Origin: Bacilli bacterium
GTDB taxonomy: Bacteria; Bacillota_I; Bacilli_A; RFN20; CAG-826
DNA length: 64,000 nucleotides
NCBI GenBank assembly: GCA_017959905.1
Contig: JAGCZS010000003.1
Span: 20,130-84,129, forward strand
Direction: 5' to 3'
Shown: piece by piece, positions 19,457 through 29,209 of the stretch
Numbering within the stretch: the first letter of the stretch is position 1
Layout: every line of letters starts with the position of its first letter
Notes under the pieces: generated by a model
Seen by the model: the letters and a program-made list of their open reading frames with translations, nothing else
Told to the model about the DNA's origin: nothing
Databases searched by the model: none
Position numbers and translations under genes: made by a program

Positions 19457-19894
19457 AATTTCCTATATTCATTTTATATTTTTTAATTTTGATTTTATTT
19501 AAATTTAAATACTTCGCAAGTGACACCAAACAAATTATCTTTGATTACAAACAAATTTTGTTTTTAATTTTCGGTTCGACACGCGTATTTAACCTATATT
19601 TAATAACGTATTTTTATTTAAAAAATTTTTTTTGAACATTGTTTATTGTCTGCGTATTCTAAATAACGTTTTTATTTCATTAAAAACGATTACTACATTA
19701 ATATATGTTGATAAATGAAGTTTTATAATTTTATACAGTTTTTTAAGATATAATTAAAAAGTGTGTGTTGTTGCCTAAATAGTTTCAATTATAGAAAACT
19801 TTAAATCGCCATTTAGGTAAATTGAGCACATGAGATTAGAATTAGGATAAAAATTATAATCTAACAGCAAACAGTAAACAAGGAGTTATATCAT

Positions 19895-21445
19895 ATGATA
19901 AAAATTGGAAAATACTATGTGTACATATCAAACAATCGTGAACTAATTAGCACAATATTATTGACATGTTTTTTTGTTTTTTTAACATTTTTAGCTATAG
20001 AACCGTTGATTAATCTACAAAAAACATTCGCATTCAAAAACAATGTTTATAATTTGTCGCATGATAATACCCATGTTCCAAAAGACACAGAAGAAGAGAA
20101 AAATAAAAAAATAATTGACAAATATTGTGAAAAATACGCCGACCAAATCAATAAGTTAGCAAATTATAAAATAAAAATTGAAAAAGAGACGGCAAAACAA
20201 CAATCATTAGAAAATAAAACTAATTTCGATGACGAATGGGCAACAATATTATCTTCTTATAATGTTAAAAACGATCATGAATTAAAAGAAGAGATTAAAA
20301 ATAGATTAAAAATATCTTATTTTTACGATGATTTTTATAAAGCAAAACATAATAGTTTTCTTAAGAATTACATATCTGATTTAACACCGTTTCACATAAA
20401 GGAGATATTTATTAATATAAAAGAAATGGGGGGAAATGGCGAAGCAAGAATCTCAGATGAAGAATCGATTAAAATTGCCAACGTAATCGAAATGTTATCC
20501 GAAGGAAAAGATTTTGAAATTGTTTCTGCGTTATTTAATGAAGACCAAACATTAAAACAAAATAATAGTAATCGTATTGTCGATATTTTATCGAACGATA
20601 TCGATGATAATGTTAAAGTTTCAATTTTTCTTTTTATCTCATTCTTTAATAGTGATTTAACAGAAGAAACTAAAAAAATAGCAAAAAATATTTTTTTTAA
20701 AAAAAATAAAAATTACGCTGAAAAATTTTTAAATTTTGGAATAGGGAAGATTTACATCCAAGACGCTCTTTTATTAAGCAATAAAAAGAGTACAATTGTC
20801 GAGTCTGAATATGGTTTTGCAGAAAATAATGATGATATTAATGGGATGCATCCTCGCGATATAATATTCAACCATTTTTTTATGACCAACAATGTAAATT
20901 TGGTTTGCGCAAACAGTGAAAAAATTTATAATTATCCAGGTTTTAGAGCAATATCTCTATTTAATCTTAATTATACTCTTTGCGACTCAAAAAAAAATCC
21001 AATTCTGATAATTTGCGGAAAACACGGGTTGCATTTTATAACAATAAATGCGAATCCTTTTCTATGTAAAACAAACTATTTCACAGTGCAAATGCCATCT
21101 AAAAACAATAAAAAAACAAATATTGAAACCTATATTACAAGCGACAATCTTGATATTCAAATAATGAAAAATAAATCAAATGAATTAAAAAATCATATCG
21201 AACAATACTGCCAACAATATATAGACCCAAAGAAAATGTTTAGCGTATTATCTGATATTAATAATAAAAAGGATTATTCTTTAATTCTCAAAAAAATCAA
21301 AAATGGCGATTTTGAAAAAGGGAAAGAAGAAATATTAAAAAATAATTTTAAAAATTATTATTTTTCGTTTATTGACAAACAAAAAAATTTAGATAAATTT
21401 AGAAAGTATTTTGACGAATTTGAAAAAAAATATGATTTGGAGTAA
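19895..21445 (+). CDS. hypothetical N-terminally membrane-anchored protein with a weak PrsA/parvulin-like signature
   Basis: Strong SD (AAGGAG 9 nt upstream). One N-terminal TM helix (LISTILLTCFFVFLTFLAI). Residues about 160-215, TPFHIKEIFINIKE...LSEGKDFEIVSALFNEDQ, and later GKHGLHFITI loosely resemble the parvulin HILV ... L..G.DF..LA...S.D ... GYHII pattern. The call is tentative. Confidence 0.4.
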   Translation: MIKIGKYYVYISNNRELISTILLTCFFVFLTFLAIEPLINLQKTFAFKNNVYNLSHDNTHVPKDTEEEKNKKIIDKYCEKYADQINKLANYKIKIEKETAKQQSLENKTNFDDEWATILSSYNVKNDHELKEEIKNRLKISYFYDDFYKAKHNSFLKNYISDLTPFHIKEIFINIKEMGGNGEARISDEESIKIANVIEMLSEGKDFEIVSALFNEDQTLKQNNSNRIVDILSNDIDDNVKVSIFLFISFFNSDLTEETKKIAKNIFFKKNKNYAEKFLNFGIGKIYIQDALLLSNKKSTIVESEYGFAENNDDINGMHPRDIIFNHFFMTNNVNLVCANSEKIYNYPGFRAISLFNLNYTLCDSKKNPILIICGKHGLHFITINANPFLCKTNYFTVQMPSKNNKKTNIETYITSDNLDIQIMKNKSNELKNHIEQYCQQYIDPKKMFSVLSDINNKKDYSLILKKIKNGDFEKGKEEILKNNFKNYYFSFIDKQKNLDKFRKYFDEFEKKYDLE

Positions 21446-21449
21446 ATAT

Positions 21450-23036
21450 ATGTTTACATTTACAATAAAAAAAATTTTTATATTTTTGTTACTAATTTTT
21501 TGTTTGAGTCTTACGGTTAAAATTTATGTTGGTGATAAAAATATTTTTACAGAAGAAGAATATAAAAAGATTGAAAAACAGCTTACTTATGAAATGGCTA
21601 AAAATACTTTTGGATCTGCAACAAGCGATAACGTTTCCAAGGAAAAAAATAATGATAATGAATTGACTTTAAAAGAAATTTTTATTAATCACCACAAAAA
21701 TTATAAAGTTAAAAAAAATAATAATTATGCTAAACAATTAGATATTTTTGTAAAAAACCACGAAATATACCGAACAAATTCGCTAGAAAATTCTGAAAAA
21801 AAAATTGCTTATTTATACAGCAATTTAATTGTTAAAAATATTTATAAAGATTTTTATTTCAGTATTAGAAGACAATTTAGAGCAATTAATCAAGATAAAT
21901 TCAATCACTTTCAAGATATGTTCGAAAATTATTTTTTTGATACTTACAACAAAAATATTTGTTCGCGATATTCTATAGATCTTGAAAAAGAAAATTGGAA
22001 ACAAGCAAATAATACAGAAAATTATTATAACGAAGATAAAAACTATAATAAACCTATTAATATTATAAAGAACCGCGAAAATTTTAAAAAATATATTAAA
22101 GAAATATGCATTAATGGTTATTGTGACAGTTTGCTAAATGCCTACATTTTTGAAAATATTAATGATTTTGCAAAAGATCAATTATTTTACAAAATAAATA
22201 TGTTTACCATAAATTTTAATCAAAAAAATAAGAAGGATGTTTTTGACACTATTGATTTATTTTTGGCCAATAACAACGATTTATTCCAACTTAGTAATAT
22301 TATGAAAGGTTTTAAAAAAAATCCAATTTTTAATCAATTGGAGCCAGTTAAAGATGAAAAAAATAAGAATTTAAAGTGGAAAATTTTAAATAATTTTGTT
22401 TTTGATAACAAAAAGGAAGAAGTTAAAAAAAATGAAGAGGTTATTGTATACGAAGGAACTTCGTTAAACGAGCTTTTTCAAGAATGCTTAAAATACTATG
22501 ATTACTACGAATCCAACATTATGCCAAAAAAAATTATCAAGAATGAGGATAACTTACAAGCTTTTTTAACCATCAAAGAACTTGAAATAATGGAAAAAAG
22601 TTTTTCAAAAACGCTATGGGTTACACAGCAAAATGATAATGATTTATTATCTAATTTAAATAAATGGCGTTTGTTTGATATTAAAGACATTAATAATAAC
22701 GATAATATTTTTAATTATAAAAATAAATCTTTTCTTACTAAAAAATACAAATCCCAAAAGAAAGACTTGATTTTTAACGATGACAGTAAATTATACATAA
22801 TAGAGCTAGTATCCTTAATAAATGACAAGAAAATTTCGTTTTTTAACAAAAACAAGAATCGTAATATTTCGATAAATGATATATTAGAATTATCAAACTC
22901 GCTGATCGAAAATAACAAAAATACCATCAAATATAAATCCTTGAATTATTTTATTAAACAAAATATAAAAAATAAAAATATTAAATTTAAACATAAAGGT
23001 TTTGAAAACTTATTGAAACGAAAATACGCTATCTAA
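21450..23036 (+). CDS. hypothetical N-terminally membrane-anchored protein, probable distant paralog of the preceding gene
   Basis: The start was moved to MFTFTIKKIFIFLLLIFCLSL (TM helix), just after the upstream stop. The protein is K/N-rich and 528 aa. It shares the KEIFIN motif (LTLKEIFINHHK) with the upstream protein. I recognise no family. Confidence 0.4.
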   Translation: MFTFTIKKIFIFLLLIFCLSLTVKIYVGDKNIFTEEEYKKIEKQLTYEMAKNTFGSATSDNVSKEKNNDNELTLKEIFINHHKNYKVKKNNNYAKQLDIFVKNHEIYRTNSLENSEKKIAYLYSNLIVKNIYKDFYFSIRRQFRAINQDKFNHFQDMFENYFFDTYNKNICSRYSIDLEKENWKQANNTENYYNEDKNYNKPINIIKNRENFKKYIKEICINGYCDSLLNAYIFENINDFAKDQLFYKINMFTINFNQKNKKDVFDTIDLFLANNNDLFQLSNIMKGFKKNPIFNQLEPVKDEKNKNLKWKILNNFVFDNKKEEVKKNEEVIVYEGTSLNELFQECLKYYDYYESNIMPKKIIKNEDNLQAFLTIKELEIMEKSFSKTLWVTQQNDNDLLSNLNKWRLFDIKDINNNDNIFNYKNKSFLTKKYKSQKKDLIFNDDSKLYIIELVSLINDKKISFFNKNKNRNISINDILELSNSLIENNKNTIKYKSLNYFIKQNIKNKNIKFKHKGFENLLKRKYAI

Positions 23037-23059
23037 TGTCGAATTAAAACGTTGTAATT

Positions 23060-23467
23060 ATGTGTATATTTTGTCAATTAGCCAATAATGACTCAAAAAA
23101 AATATATGCCGATAAAGATATTTATGCCATTTTTGACAAATCTCAATCTTATTTTGGCCATATTTTAGTCATACCAAAAAAACATTATGAAAATATTTTA
23201 GAAATACCAAAAAAAATACATAATAAACTGACAAACATGGCTATTTTAATAGGAAAAATAGAAAAAAATATTTTTAACGCTAATGGCATAAAAATTTTAA
23301 TAAATACCGGCAAAGAAGCAGATCAAACAATAATGCATTGTCATATTCATGTAATCCCGTATAATTTAGTTAAAAAAGAAAACTATAGTAATAATAAAAA
23401 TCTTAAACGCAAAATTATCGCAAATATAACAAACAAAATAAATCAATTTATTAAAAAAATTAATTAA
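23060..23467 (+). CDS. HIT family (histidine triad) nucleotide hydrolase
   Basis: CIFCQL N-terminus and the histidine triad HCHIHVIP; 135 aa. Confidence 0.85.
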   Translation: MCIFCQLANNDSKKIYADKDIYAIFDKSQSYFGHILVIPKKHYENILEIPKKIHNKLTNMAILIGKIEKNIFNANGIKILINTGKEADQTIMHCHIHVIPYNLVKKENYSNNKNLKRKIIANITNKINQFIKKIN

Positions 23468-24776
23468 TGTCTAAAACACGCCATTTATTAAATCGTTTTT
23501 TATTGTTTTTTTCATCAAACATTTCAGAAAAATTAGAATCATCTTCATTATCAGGCTCAATAAAACTATCCAAATCATATATTTTCTGAACATTATTATT
23601 TTTATTAATCATTTTTTTTAAGAAACTTTTGCTTTTATCGTCAAGAAGTTCAAATTGTACAGTTACAAACGTTTTATAATCGTAATTTATGTTTTCGGTA
23701 TCTATCGGACTGAATTTATAAAAAATAGTAACTAAAAAAGAAATTAAAAACATAAAATAATATGTAAAAAAACGCCATATCAATTGAGACGCTTTTACTA
23801 TTTTTTTATTAATATAAAATTTTTCAAATAATTTCACGAAAAATAATTCTGATACGCCTGCGGTACCTGGGATAGGAATTAAATTGACCGACAAATAATG
23901 ATAATTAGACATTAAACACGCATTAATAAACCCGCTGAAAGACACATTGCCAAAAGTATTTTGATTAAAACCATTTAACATCATGCCTATAAACCACGGC
24001 ATTGAAAAACGAGATACTAATTTAAAAAAAATTAAAATAGCTAAAGTTAATGTTAAGCCGAAATTTTTTATAGAACGCTTCAATTCAATTCGAAAACTTT
24101 CCATACGTATTGATAAATTTTCTTTTAACTGATCAGCATTATTAATTAAATTAAAATATTTTAAAACACTTGCGAGCAAATTTATAAAAAAGTTCTGAGC
24201 TATATATGAAAAACACATAAAACCAATCAACACAATAATAATTAAATTAAAAAAGAACGCCGTTATACTATATGGATATAAAGATAATTTAAATCTGCCT
24301 AGCGAAATACCACCTATATTTGTTAATAAATCGGTCCTAAAAAATAGTGTAAATATTCCTAAAGCAAGCATAACTATCTCAGTTAATATAATGCTTATAA
24401 CCATTAATGATGCGCCACATCGTAATGGAACACCCTGTTTAGACAAGGTATAAGCTTTAGCTATTTGACCAGAACCGCTAAAACTTGGAGCGATACTATT
24501 AAAAAAAGTTCCTATAAAATTTGTCACTAATGCACTGAAAAAAGAATAATTTTTTAAATATGAATTTACAAACATCTTAACTATTAAAGCGTCTATCGTT
24601 AAAGAAATTAATATACTTGCCAAAAGTAAAATAAGCCAAAAAACATTACAATTTTTAATATAAAGTAAAATAGAATCAAAGTCTTTATATAAAGAAATAA
24701 TATTAGAAATTAGCGTAAGAAAAATAATAATTAAAATACTAAAAATATACTTCTTAATTTCGCCTAATTTTTTCAT
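23460..24776 (-). CDS. flippase-like membrane protein (LPG-synthase-TM / UPF0104 family) with a C-terminal soluble tail
   Basis: About 8 TM segments. FFNSIAPSFSGSGQIAKAYTLSKQGVP and IPIPGTAGVSELFF resemble the MprF-flippase-like domain motifs. It has an acidic/N-rich tail of about 90 aa. Confidence 0.6.
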   Translation of the reverse strand: MKKLGEIKKYIFSILIIIFLTLISNIISLYKDFDSILLYIKNCNVFWLILLLASILISLTIDALIVKMFVNSYLKNYSFFSALVTNFIGTFFNSIAPSFSGSGQIAKAYTLSKQGVPLRCGASLMVISIILTEIVMLALGIFTLFFRTDLLTNIGGISLGRFKLSLYPYSITAFFFNLIIIVLIGFMCFSYIAQNFFINLLASVLKYFNLINNADQLKENLSIRMESFRIELKRSIKNFGLTLTLAILIFFKLVSRFSMPWFIGMMLNGFNQNTFGNVSFSGFINACLMSNYHYLSVNLIPIPGTAGVSELFFVKLFEKFYINKKIVKASQLIWRFFTYYFMFLISFLVTIFYKFSPIDTENINYDYKTFVTVQFELLDDKSKSFLKKMINKNNNVQKIYDLDSFIEPDNEDDSNFSEMFDEKNNKKRFNKWRVLDIN

Positions 24777-24778
24777 AA

Positions 24779-24916
24779 TTAAAACTCTATATTTTTATGT
24801 TTTATTTTTCTTGTATATTTTTTTTTATCTTTATAAATTATTATTTTTCTTTTTCCCCACATAGATTCGGCGCTTAAATCTCTTAAAGTTATACTATTTT
24901 TTTGTTTTTTTTTCAT
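24779..24916 (-). CDS. possible small basic protein (45 aa), unassigned
   Basis: Manual translation gives MKKKQKNSITLRDLSAESMWGKRKIIIYKDKKKYTRKIKHKNIEF. It fills the engB-to-flippase gap exactly, and its stop lies 2 nt before the next ATG. I recognise no homology, and A-run codons inflate the chance of a spurious ORF. Confidence 0.2.
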   Translation of the reverse strand: MKKKQKNSITLRDLSAESMWGKRKIIIYKDKKKYTRKIKHKNIEF

Positions 24917-24945
24917 ATAATTTAATAAAGTAAAATAACAATATT

Positions 24946-25527
24946 TTAATTTAAATAAAAAAAATTTATTTGTTTTTTAATTTTATTTATGCTTTTGCTA
25001 TCTTTTATACTTGAAAAAAATATTTCCTCATTTTTAACGATTTTAAAATTTTTATTAATATCACGTAAAACAGCATCGTATTGTTGTTTATCTATTTTAT
25101 CTTTTTTGGTTAAAACGATAAAGAATTTAATATTTTTGTCAATTAAAAAATTATTATAAAAAACTTTATCGTTTATCATTAAATTTCTTCTGCTATCTAA
25201 AACAAATACAACACATTTAGTAATATATTTAATTTCTACAAAAAAAGATTCCATTAATTGTGTAAAAGATGTTGGTTTAGATGAATACCCATAGCCTGGA
25301 GTATCTACAAAATAAATTTTTTTATTAATCAAAAAATAATTTAAAGAAATTGTTTTTCCTGGTTTTGAAGATACACGCGCCATTTTGCTATTTTCACATA
25401 AAGCATTTATTAACGACGATTTTCCGACATTTGATCTTCCAACAAAAATAACAGTCTTTTTATCCTTTGGAATCAATTTTGCGTCAAAAACGCTTTTTAA
25501 AAATTTAGAATCATGAAAATTAAGCAT
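24946..25527 (-). CDS. engB: ribosome biogenesis GTPase EngB/YsxC (YihA)
   Basis: FVGRSNVGKSSLINAL, DTPGYGY and TKKDK G-motifs. It lies downstream of lon as in Bacillus. Confidence 0.9.
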   Translation of the reverse strand: MLNFHDSKFLKSVFDAKLIPKDKKTVIFVGRSNVGKSSLINALCENSKMARVSSKPGKTISLNYFLINKKIYFVDTPGYGYSSKPTSFTQLMESFFVEIKYITKCVVFVLDSRRNLMINDKVFYNNFLIDKNIKFFIVLTKKDKIDKQQYDAVLRDINKNFKIVKNEEIFFSSIKDSKSINKIKKQINFFYLN

Positions 25528-27853
25528 TATTCAAAGCAAAATTAACAGCATCGTTTATTGAGTCCATATAGAAAATTTTAAGATTTTTCTTTAATTCGTC
25601 CGGCAGCTTTTCAACATCGCGCTTATTTTTTGCAGGAACAATAATATTTTTAATCTCCGATCGAAGTGCGGCTGAAGCTTTTTCGCGCAAGCCACCTATC
25701 TGCAAAGCGTTCCCTAATAAATCTATTTCTCCTGTTAATGCAAAATCTTTTTTTACGCTTCTATTTGAAAAACTCGAAATAATAGCTAAAGCTATCGCTA
25801 CTCCAGCACTTGGGCCGTCTTTAGGAATAGCCCCTTCAGGAAAATGTATATGAACATCGTTCTTCGAAAACTTACGCGGATCTATTGAATATTTATTTGC
25901 TCTTGCTTTTACATAGTCAAAAGCGATAGTTGCTGATTCTTTCATCACTTCGCCAAGTTTACCTGTCAGTAATAACTTACCTTTTCCAGAAAAATAACTC
26001 ACTTCAATCGGCAGTAACGAGCCTCCATATTCGGTATATGCTAAACCAGTAACGACGCCAACCTGATCTTTTTCGGATTTTTCTTCTAAAAATACTTTTT
26101 TTTCTCCCAAATATTTTTTTACATCATTAGTAGTTATAGTGATATTATTAATATCCGTATTATTATTTAAAGATTCAACAATTACTTTGCGAATTATTTT
26201 GTTAATCGCTCTCTCTAAATTTCTTACACCTGACTCTAAAGTATAATGCTTAATAATATGTTTTATTGTTTTATCTGGAAAAATAATCTTATCTTTGTTT
26301 AAACCACACTCTATTAATTGTTTATTAATTAAAAAATTTCTAGCAATGACAACTTTTTCCGCTTCTAAGTAAGAATGAATCTCAATTATCTCTAATCGAT
26401 CTATTAATGGAGATGGTAAATCATCTATTTTATTTGCTGTTGCTATAAATAAAACATCACTTAAATCAAAAGATTCCTCAACAAAATTATCATTAAAATA
26501 TTTATTTTGCTCTGGATCTAAAATTTCGAGTAATGCTGCTAAAGGATCACCTTTTGCTACATTTGAAAATTTCGATATTTTGTCAATTTCATCAAGTAAA
26601 ATAACCGGATTACGTACTTTACATTTTTGTAAAGCCGTTATTATTCTACCAGGCATAGCACCAACATACGTTCTTCGATGGCCTCTTAATTCTGCCTCGT
26701 CTGACATGCCTCCTAAAGAGATCTTAAAAAACTTTCTATTTAATGATTCTGCAATTGATTTAGCAATTGAAGTTTTTCCGACGCCAGGCGGACCAAAAAA
26801 ACACAATATTGGCGACTTCAAATTATTTTTCATTTTTTTTATTGCTAAATATTCTATTATTCTTTCTTTTACGTCTTCCAAACCATAATGACTTTTATTT
26901 AAAACGTTGGCGGCATTTTTTAAATCGTCATTATCATTTGTTTTTTGCCACCATGGCAATTCCATTAACAAGCTAATATATTGTTTAATAAGACCAGATT
27001 CTAAGGACATATTTGACACTGTTTTTAATTTTTTAAATTCTTTCTTTAACTTTATCTTTATCGCTTCTGGAAACGGCTGCGTATCAATTTTTTGTTGCAT
27101 TTCTTCTTCGTAATCGTCAAAATCGCCAACTTCTTTTTGCATGGCTTTTATTTTTTCTCTAATAAAATAATCTCTTTGACTTTTATCAGCAGATTTTTGA
27201 ACTTCAGCTTGTATTCTATTGTCCATGTCAACGAACTCTTTCATTCGCATAAGATTTTTATAAATTTTTAATAATCTACCGCTAACTAAAGCAATTTGTA
27301 ATAATTCTGCTCTATCTAATGCCGAAATCATTGGCAAATTACTAGCTAAAAAATCTGCGAATTCGCTTGGATCACTTAGAGTTAATACAATATTTACTAA
27401 GCTCCTTTTAATTCCTAAAAAACTACTCATTTGCAATTCTTGCAAAACATTAATTATTTTTTGCATCAGCATAATTTCTGCTGTTTTTTTATCGCTAAAT
27501 TCATTTTTTATAATTTCGACATCACAATAATACGTATTACTATTTTCATCGAAAATAAAATTTTCTATTTTTGTTCGTTCCAAACCTTTAATTTCAACAT
27601 GATAAACTTCGTCTATCTGATCAACTTTCAAAATTTGGCAAAATGTTCCGACATCAAAAATATCATCATTTTTTGGAAAATCAATGTCAGAAACTTTTTG
27701 TGTTGCGACAACAACTGGTGTTTTTTTTGCTAATGCTTCCTTAACGGCATTAATTGAAAAATCTCGCGCCACGTCAACAACAAAATTATTATTTGGAAAA
27801 ACAACTACTTTTCTAAAAATTAAAACTGGTATTTTCTTTTTATTTTCTTCCAT
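25520..27853 (-). CDS. lon: ATP-dependent protease Lon
   Basis: N-terminal LON domain, AAA+ GPPGVGKTS...LLDEIDK, and protease domain PKDGPSAGVAIALAIIS with catalytic Ser; 777 aa. Confidence 0.95.
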   Translation of the reverse strand: MEENKKKIPVLIFRKVVVFPNNNFVVDVARDFSINAVKEALAKKTPVVVATQKVSDIDFPKNDDIFDVGTFCQILKVDQIDEVYHVEIKGLERTKIENFIFDENSNTYYCDVEIIKNEFSDKKTAEIMLMQKIINVLQELQMSSFLGIKRSLVNIVLTLSDPSEFADFLASNLPMISALDRAELLQIALVSGRLLKIYKNLMRMKEFVDMDNRIQAEVQKSADKSQRDYFIREKIKAMQKEVGDFDDYEEEMQQKIDTQPFPEAIKIKLKKEFKKLKTVSNMSLESGLIKQYISLLMELPWWQKTNDNDDLKNAANVLNKSHYGLEDVKERIIEYLAIKKMKNNLKSPILCFFGPPGVGKTSIAKSIAESLNRKFFKISLGGMSDEAELRGHRRTYVGAMPGRIITALQKCKVRNPVILLDEIDKISKFSNVAKGDPLAALLEILDPEQNKYFNDNFVEESFDLSDVLFIATANKIDDLPSPLIDRLEIIEIHSYLEAEKVVIARNFLINKQLIECGLNKDKIIFPDKTIKHIIKHYTLESGVRNLERAINKIIRKVIVESLNNNTDINNITITTNDVKKYLGEKKVFLEEKSEKDQVGVVTGLAYTEYGGSLLPIEVSYFSGKGKLLLTGKLGEVMKESATIAFDYVKARANKYSIDPRKFSKNDVHIHFPEGAIPKDGPSAGVAIALAIISSFSNRSVKKDFALTGEIDLLGNALQIGGLREKASAALRSEIKNIIVPAKNKRDVEKLPDELKKNLKIFYMDSINDAVNFALNNA

Positions 27854-27855
27854 AA

Positions 27856-29157
27856 CTAAACCTTTTTATTGTATTTAATTAATAAATCTTGCATTTTTTT
27901 ATTAATAATTTGCATTTTTAAAAAACTTAAATTTTTAGCCATAAAACCTTTAATTTTTTCAACATCCATTTTATATAAAGAAGCCATTTTCTCATATTCG
28001 TTATTTACGTCTTCATCTGTAACCGTTATTTTTTCTGTTTCAGCAATTGTTTCGAAAATAACAGTCCTAGTAATATTTTCTTGTGCTTCTTTATGAAACT
28101 TAGCTAAAATATCCTTCTCACTTTTTTTAGTATCGCTTAAATATTTATTCCATGTCTCATTATTGCCTTGCGATATATTATTTTTCATTGCATCAACTTC
28201 TTTAAGAATAAATTCTTCAGAAATAATTACTTTGCTATTTTTTGTTATATAATCCATTAATTCCCTAAAATAAGTAAAATCTGCTTCTCTGTTTTTATTT
28301 TCGGTCAGAATTCTTTTTTGATGTTCTATTAACTCACCTTTTGTTTTAACCCCTTCAATATTAAATTTGACTATATTTTCATCATTTAGTTCAGGAACCA
28401 CCTTTTTTTTAACATCGTGTATAAAACAGTGGAAAACAGCCTTTTTTCCCTTTAAATTATCAACATGATAATCAGCAGGGAAAACAACATTGACTTCCTT
28501 TTTTTCATTATTTTTAACGCCTATTAATTGATCTTCAAAACCTGGTATAAAACGTTTGCTACCAAGTACTAATTCATACTTTTCTGCCTTTCCTCCATCA
28601 AAATTTTTACCATCAATAAATCCTTCAAAATCAAAAACAATCTGATCGCCATTTTCTGCCGGAGCATTTTTTGAAACATACTCTGATTTTTGGTTTAATA
28701 ACTCATTAATACTATTATCGATTTCTTCTTTTGTCACAATAATCTTTGGATATTTAACATCATTAATATTTTTGTAATCGCAAAGTTCCGTTTTTGGCAA
28801 CGTAAAAATTTCAAACTTTATAACAAGATTAGTTGTTGAAAATTTTTCAACATGCACATGCGGCTGAAAAAACGGCCTTATTTGTCGTTCTTTTTTTAAT
28901 AATGTTTCAAAAACAACAGGTAATATATTATTTATCGCGTTATAAAATATATTTGAAGAATTAACATAATTTTTGGCAATATTCTCTGGAACTGTTCCTT
29001 TTCGAAAACCGTTTACCTTAACGTCCATGAACGCTTTTTGTTTTTCTTTTTCTTGAGCTTGTATCCAAAAATCATCATTCACTTCAACAATTGCATTAAT
29101 TTTTTCACCACCAACATAATCAACATTAATTTTCTTAATTATATTTATGTTTTCCAT
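27856..29157 (-). CDS. tig: trigger factor
   Basis: The N-terminal ribosome-binding VNGFRKGTVP motif, a central FKBP-type GDQIVFDFEGFIDGKNFDGGKAE region, and 433 aa length. Confidence 0.93.
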   Translation of the reverse strand: MENINIIKKINVDYVGGEKINAIVEVNDDFWIQAQEKEKQKAFMDVKVNGFRKGTVPENIAKNYVNSSNIFYNAINNILPVVFETLLKKERQIRPFFQPHVHVEKFSTTNLVIKFEIFTLPKTELCDYKNINDVKYPKIIVTKEEIDNSINELLNQKSEYVSKNAPAENGDQIVFDFEGFIDGKNFDGGKAEKYELVLGSKRFIPGFEDQLIGVKNNEKKEVNVVFPADYHVDNLKGKKAVFHCFIHDVKKKVVPELNDENIVKFNIEGVKTKGELIEHQKRILTENKNREADFTYFRELMDYITKNSKVIISEEFILKEVDAMKNNISQGNNETWNKYLSDTKKSEKDILAKFHKEAQENITRTVIFETIAETEKITVTDEDVNNEYEKMASLYKMDVEKIKGFMAKNLSFLKMQIINKKMQDLLIKYNKKV

Positions 29158-29209
29158 TATAGTTGTACCTCGTTATTGTAATAATTTTAGCACTTTAAAA
29201 GTAAAAGTG

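Noticed and set aside
21411-21449. Upstream extension of the second large hypothetical ORF (MTNLKKNMIWSKY).
   Set aside because: It overlaps the end of the preceding gene. The Met at 21450 immediately precedes the TM helix and sits just after the upstream stop codon.
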